From NCBI GenBank assembly GCA_903934795.1, contig CAIZPE010000145.1:2122-66121 (forward strand): a DNA stretch of 64,000 nt. Reading direction: 5' to 3'. Of the stretch, positions 61,073-64,000 are shown in pieces. The position numbers and the translations under genes are program-made. The stretch comes from an uncultured bacterium (GTDB lineage Bacteria; Pseudomonadota; Gammaproteobacteria; Burkholderiales; Burkholderiaceae_E). Below the pieces are notes generated by a model that saw only the letters and a program-made list of their open reading frames with translations, made no database searches and was not told the origin of the DNA. The stretch's first letter is position 1. Each line of letters begins with the position of its first letter.

Positions 61073-62605
61073 TCAGAGCACCTTGCGCTGGGCGACCGGC
61101 GCGATCTGCAGGGACTCGCGGTACTTGGCCACCGTGCGTCTTGCCACCACGATACCCTGCTCGCCGAGCATGTCGGCCAACCGGCTGTCGGAAAGGGGCT
61201 GCTGCGGATCCTCGGCGGCCACCAGCTGGCGGATGAGCGCGCGGATGGCGGTGCTCGAGGCCGCGCCCCCGGCCTCGGTGGCCACATGGCTGCCGAAGAA
61301 GTACTTCAGCTCGAAGGTGCCCGAGGGCGTGAGCATGAATTTCTGGGTGGTGACCCGCGAGACGGTGGACTCGTGCAGACCGAGCTCCTCGGCGATCTCG
61401 CGCAGCACCAGCGGACGCATCGCCACCTCGCCATGCGAGAAGAAGGCCTTCTGGCGTTCGACGATCGCCTGCGACACCCGCAGGATGGTGTCGAAGCGCT
61501 GCTGGACATTCTTGATCAGCCAGCGCGCCTCCTGCAGCTGCGCGCCCAGGCCGCCGGCCCCGGCGCCGCGGTTGCGGCGCAGGATCTGTGCGTACATGTC
61601 GTTGATGCGCAGCTTGGGCAGCACATCGGGGTTCAGCGCGGCGGTCCAGCCGGCGCGGGTGCGACGCACCACCACATCGGGAATCACATAGGTGGGTTCG
61701 TCGATCGAGAAGGCCGCACCCGGCCGCGGATTGAGGCTGCGGATCAGGGCCTGGGCCTCGCGCAGCGCCGCGTCGTCGCAGTGCAGCAGCCGCTTGATGC
61801 GGGCGAAGTCCTTGGCCGCCAGCAAGGCGAGGTGGTGCTCGATCAGGGCGCGGGCGAGCGCGAAGACCTCGGCACTGGCCCGCCCCGGCTGCTCGGCGCG
61901 CAGGGCGGCGAGCTGCAGACGCAGGCTCTCGGCGAGGTCGCGGGCGCCCACCCCTGCGGGGTCGAAGCTCTGCAACAGGGTGAGCGCCGCGTGCAGCTGG
62001 TCGGGGTCGATCTCGAGCTCGGCCGGCAGGATGGCCGCGATTTCCTCGAGGCTGCCGTCGAGCAGGCCGTCGTCGGTGAGGTTGTCGATCAGCAGTTCGA
62101 CCAGCGCCCGGTCGAGCCGGCTGCACTGGGTGGCGGCGAGCTGACCGGCAAGGTGGTCGCGCAGGGTGCGGCCGGTGGCCGCGAGCTGCGGCATCGCGCG
62201 GTCGTCGTTCTCATCGTCGCCGGCCGCGCTGCCGCTGCCCGACCAGTCGCCGCCGCGCTCGGCATCGTCGAAGCTCCCGCCGTCACCGCCGCCGTCGGTA
62301 CCCTCGGCGCCGGCCCGTTCGGTCTCGCCGCCGCCCGCCTCGCGGCGTTCGCCCTCGTGGCCGGATTCGCCCTGGCCGCCGCCCTCGCCCGCACTGCGCG
62401 AGGCCGCGAGGCTGCCGCCCGCGTCGAGCCGGATGGCGCCCACCAGCGGGTCGTCCAGGCGCTCGAGCAGCGGGTTGTCGGCCAGAATCTGGTCGAGCTC
62501 CTGGTTGAGTTCGAGCGTGGACAACTGCAGCAGCCGGATCGACTGCTGCAGCTGGGGCGTCAGCGCGAGGTGCTGGCTGAGCTTGAGCTGGAGCGAGGTC
62601 TTCAA
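61073..62605 (-). CDS. rpoN: RNA polymerase sigma-54 factor (probable TTG start)
   Basis: [59 protein letters not shown], RpoN box [10 protein letters not shown]. Confidence 0.96.
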   Translation of the reverse strand: MKTSLQLKLSQHLALTPQLQQSIRLLQLSTLELNQELDQILADNPLLERLDDPLVGAIRLDAGGSLAASRSAGEGGGQGESGHEGERREAGGGETERAGAEGTDGGGDGGSFDDAERGGDWSGSGSAAGDDENDDRAMPQLAATGRTLRDHLAGQLAATQCSRLDRALVELLIDNLTDDGLLDGSLEEIAAILPAELEIDPDQLHAALTLLQSFDPAGVGARDLAESLRLQLAALRAEQPGRASAEVFALARALIEHHLALLAAKDFARIKRLLHCDDAALREAQALIRSLNPRPGAAFSIDEPTYVIPDVVVRRTRAGWTAALNPDVLPKLRINDMYAQILRRNRGAGAGGLGAQLQEARWLIKNVQQRFDTILRVSQAIVERQKAFFSHGEVAMRPLVLREIAEELGLHESTVSRVTTQKFMLTPSGTFELKYFFGSHVATEAGGAASSTAIRALIRQLVAAEDPQQPLSDSRLADMLGEQGIVVARRTVAKYRESLQIAPVAQRKVL

Positions 62606-62657
62606 GGGGAGGATGGGGCTCGAACAGGGCGGCCGGCAAGCCCGGCGACGCCGGACC

Positions 62658-63446
62658 TTACATCCGGAAGTGTTCGCCCAGATAGACGCGGCGGACGCTT
62701 TCGTCGGCGATGATCTCGTCGGGCCGGCCGGAAGCAAGAACAGTACCCGCGTTGATGATATACGCCCGATCGCAAATGCCAAGCGTCTCGCGCACGTTGT
62801 GATCGGTGATCAGCACGCCGATGCCACGCTCCTTGAGGAAGCGCACGATCCGCTGGATCTCGATCACCGCGATCGGATCGACGCCCGCGAAGGGCTCGTC
62901 GAGCAGGATGAAGCGCGGGGAGTTGGCCAGCGCCCGGGCGATCTCGACCCGGCGCCGCTCGCCGCCCGACAGCGACACCGCCGGGTTGCCCCGCAGATGG
63001 GTGATCTGCAGATCGGCCAGCAGGGCCTCGAGCCGGCTGGCGATCTCGGTGGCCGGCAGCGGCCCGCCCTGGGCGGCCGGCTGCAGCTCGAGCACTGCCC
63101 GGATGTTCTCCTCGACCGACATCTTGCGGAACACCGAGGCTTCCTGCGGCAGGTAGGACAGCCCGATGCGGGCCCGGCGATGGATGGGCAGCCGGCCGAT
63201 GGGCCGGCCGTCGAGCTCGATGACCCCGGCATCAGAGGGCACCAGGCCCACGATCATGTAGAAGCAGGTGGTCTTGCCCGCGCCGTTGGGTCCGAGCAGG
63301 CCGACCACCTCGCCGCTGCGCACCTCGAGGGACACATCGCGCACCACCTGCCGGCCGTGATAGGCCTTCATGAGGTGGCTGATGGTCAGCCTCGATCCGG
63401 CGGCCGGTCCGGGGGGCAGCCCCGTGCCCTCGGTGATCGCCGCCAT
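62658..63446 (-). CDS. lptB: LPS export ABC ATPase
   Basis: [54 protein letters not shown]. Confidence 0.97.
   Translation of the reverse strand: MAAITEGTGLPPGPAAGSRLTISHLMKAYHGRQVVRDVSLEVRSGEVVGLLGPNGAGKTTCFYMIVGLVPSDAGVIELDGRPIGRLPIHRRARIGLSYLPQEASVFRKMSVEENIRAVLELQPAAQGGPLPATEIASRLEALLADLQITHLRGNPAVSLSGGERRRVEIARALANSPRFILLDEPFAGVDPIAVIEIQRIVRFLKERGIGVLITDHNVRETLGICDRAYIINAGTVLASGRPDEIIADESVRRVYLGEHFRM
62755..62782 (-). promoter_or_regulatory. Putative sigma70 promoter for rpoN inside the lptB 3' end
   Basis: Minus strand TTGGCA (62782-62777), 16 bp, TATCAT (62760-62755), in a run of A/T-ending codons. Confidence 0.5.
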
Positions 63447-64000
63447 CAGGGGCGGGCCTGGGCCGGCGTGTTGGCCGGCTTCAGCGGCACGGACGGGCCG
63501 GCCGGCGCACCACCGGCTCCCGTCTCGGTGCGGGGCTGGATCACCAGCCGCACCCGGCCGCCTGGGTTGTCGGCGGTGGCCCCACGGCTGCCGCCATCGA
63601 CCGAGACCTGCTCGCTGCGGCCGTCGTAGACGATCAGGCTGCCGTGGACCTCGTCGGTGATCCGGTCCTGCTCCAGGCGCCTGAGCTGGGCCCGGTCGAT
63701 CAGGCGGACCACCTCGGCCTTGCCGTCGTAGTCGAGCTGCTGCGCGCGGCCGTGCACGAACTGGTCGAGACCGTCGCGCTTCTGGCGGAAAGTGGCCGGG
63801 TTGCCGAAGGCGCTGCCGTGCTGGTAGCCCTCGGGATCCTGGCGCATCACCAGCCGATCGGCGCGGATCACCAGTGTGCCGCGGGTGAGCACCACATTGC
63901 CGGTGAAGACCGTGGTCTGGCGGACATCGTCGTGGCGCAGGCTGTCGGCCTCGACCTGGGTGGGGCGCTCGCGGTCGGCCCGCTCGGCGCCGGCGGTACC
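63446..64000 (-). CDS. lptA: LPS transport periplasmic protein LptA (5' truncated by window edge)
   Basis: [43 protein letters not shown]; TGATG overlap with lptB. Confidence 0.93.
   Translation of the reverse strand, partial: GTAGAERADRERPTQVEADSLRHDDVRQTTVFTGNVVLTRGTLVIRADRLVMRQDPEGYQHGSAFGNPATFRQKRDGLDQFVHGRAQQLDYDGKAEVVRLIDRAQLRRLEQDRITDEVHGSLIVYDGRSEQVSVDGGSRGATADNPGGRVRLVIQPRTETGAGGAPAGPSVPLKPANTPAQARP

Overview
A 64 kb chromosomal window of a very GC-rich betaproteobacterium. It looks Burkholderiales-like (inferred from the Bug/TctC protein, the peroxiredoxin between ftsZ and lpxC, and the ptsN-hprK-rapZ order). Contents in order: (1) the 3' end of aspS, then nudB and a translationally coupled run EEP hydrolase-clsB-ligase-associated exonuclease-ATP-dependent DNA ligase-DUF429; (2) an alkyl/fatty-acid catabolic cluster (atypical alkyl-sulfatase-like MBL protein, FadP-like TetR, acyl-CoA dehydrogenase, SGNH esterase, AlkB) and an ATM1-type ABC exporter; (3) tartrate dehydrogenase-Bug-glycerate kinase-pyrC-DUF3025, an esterase/Baeyer-Villiger monooxygenase fusion and a denD-like SDR; (4) rnpB; (5) a complete dcw cluster from mraZ to lpxC, then dciA and secA; (6) pth-rplY-prs-tRNA-Gln-ispE-lolB-TPR, mutM-mutY, and the lptA-lptB-rpoN-hpf-ptsN-hprK-rapZ region. 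I saw no mobile elements, CRISPR arrays or prophage. The most unusual signal is in the RNase P RNA gene. Its helices are otherwise well conserved, but it lacks the J18/2 (GAUGAAUG) + P2 3' strand + P19 segment at the normal position, and a matching segment occurs about 165 nt downstream of the P1 3' end. The second is an in-frame TGA replacing a conserved Cys (CAGC to CAG*) in an otherwise intact pyrC. Both need read-level verification.
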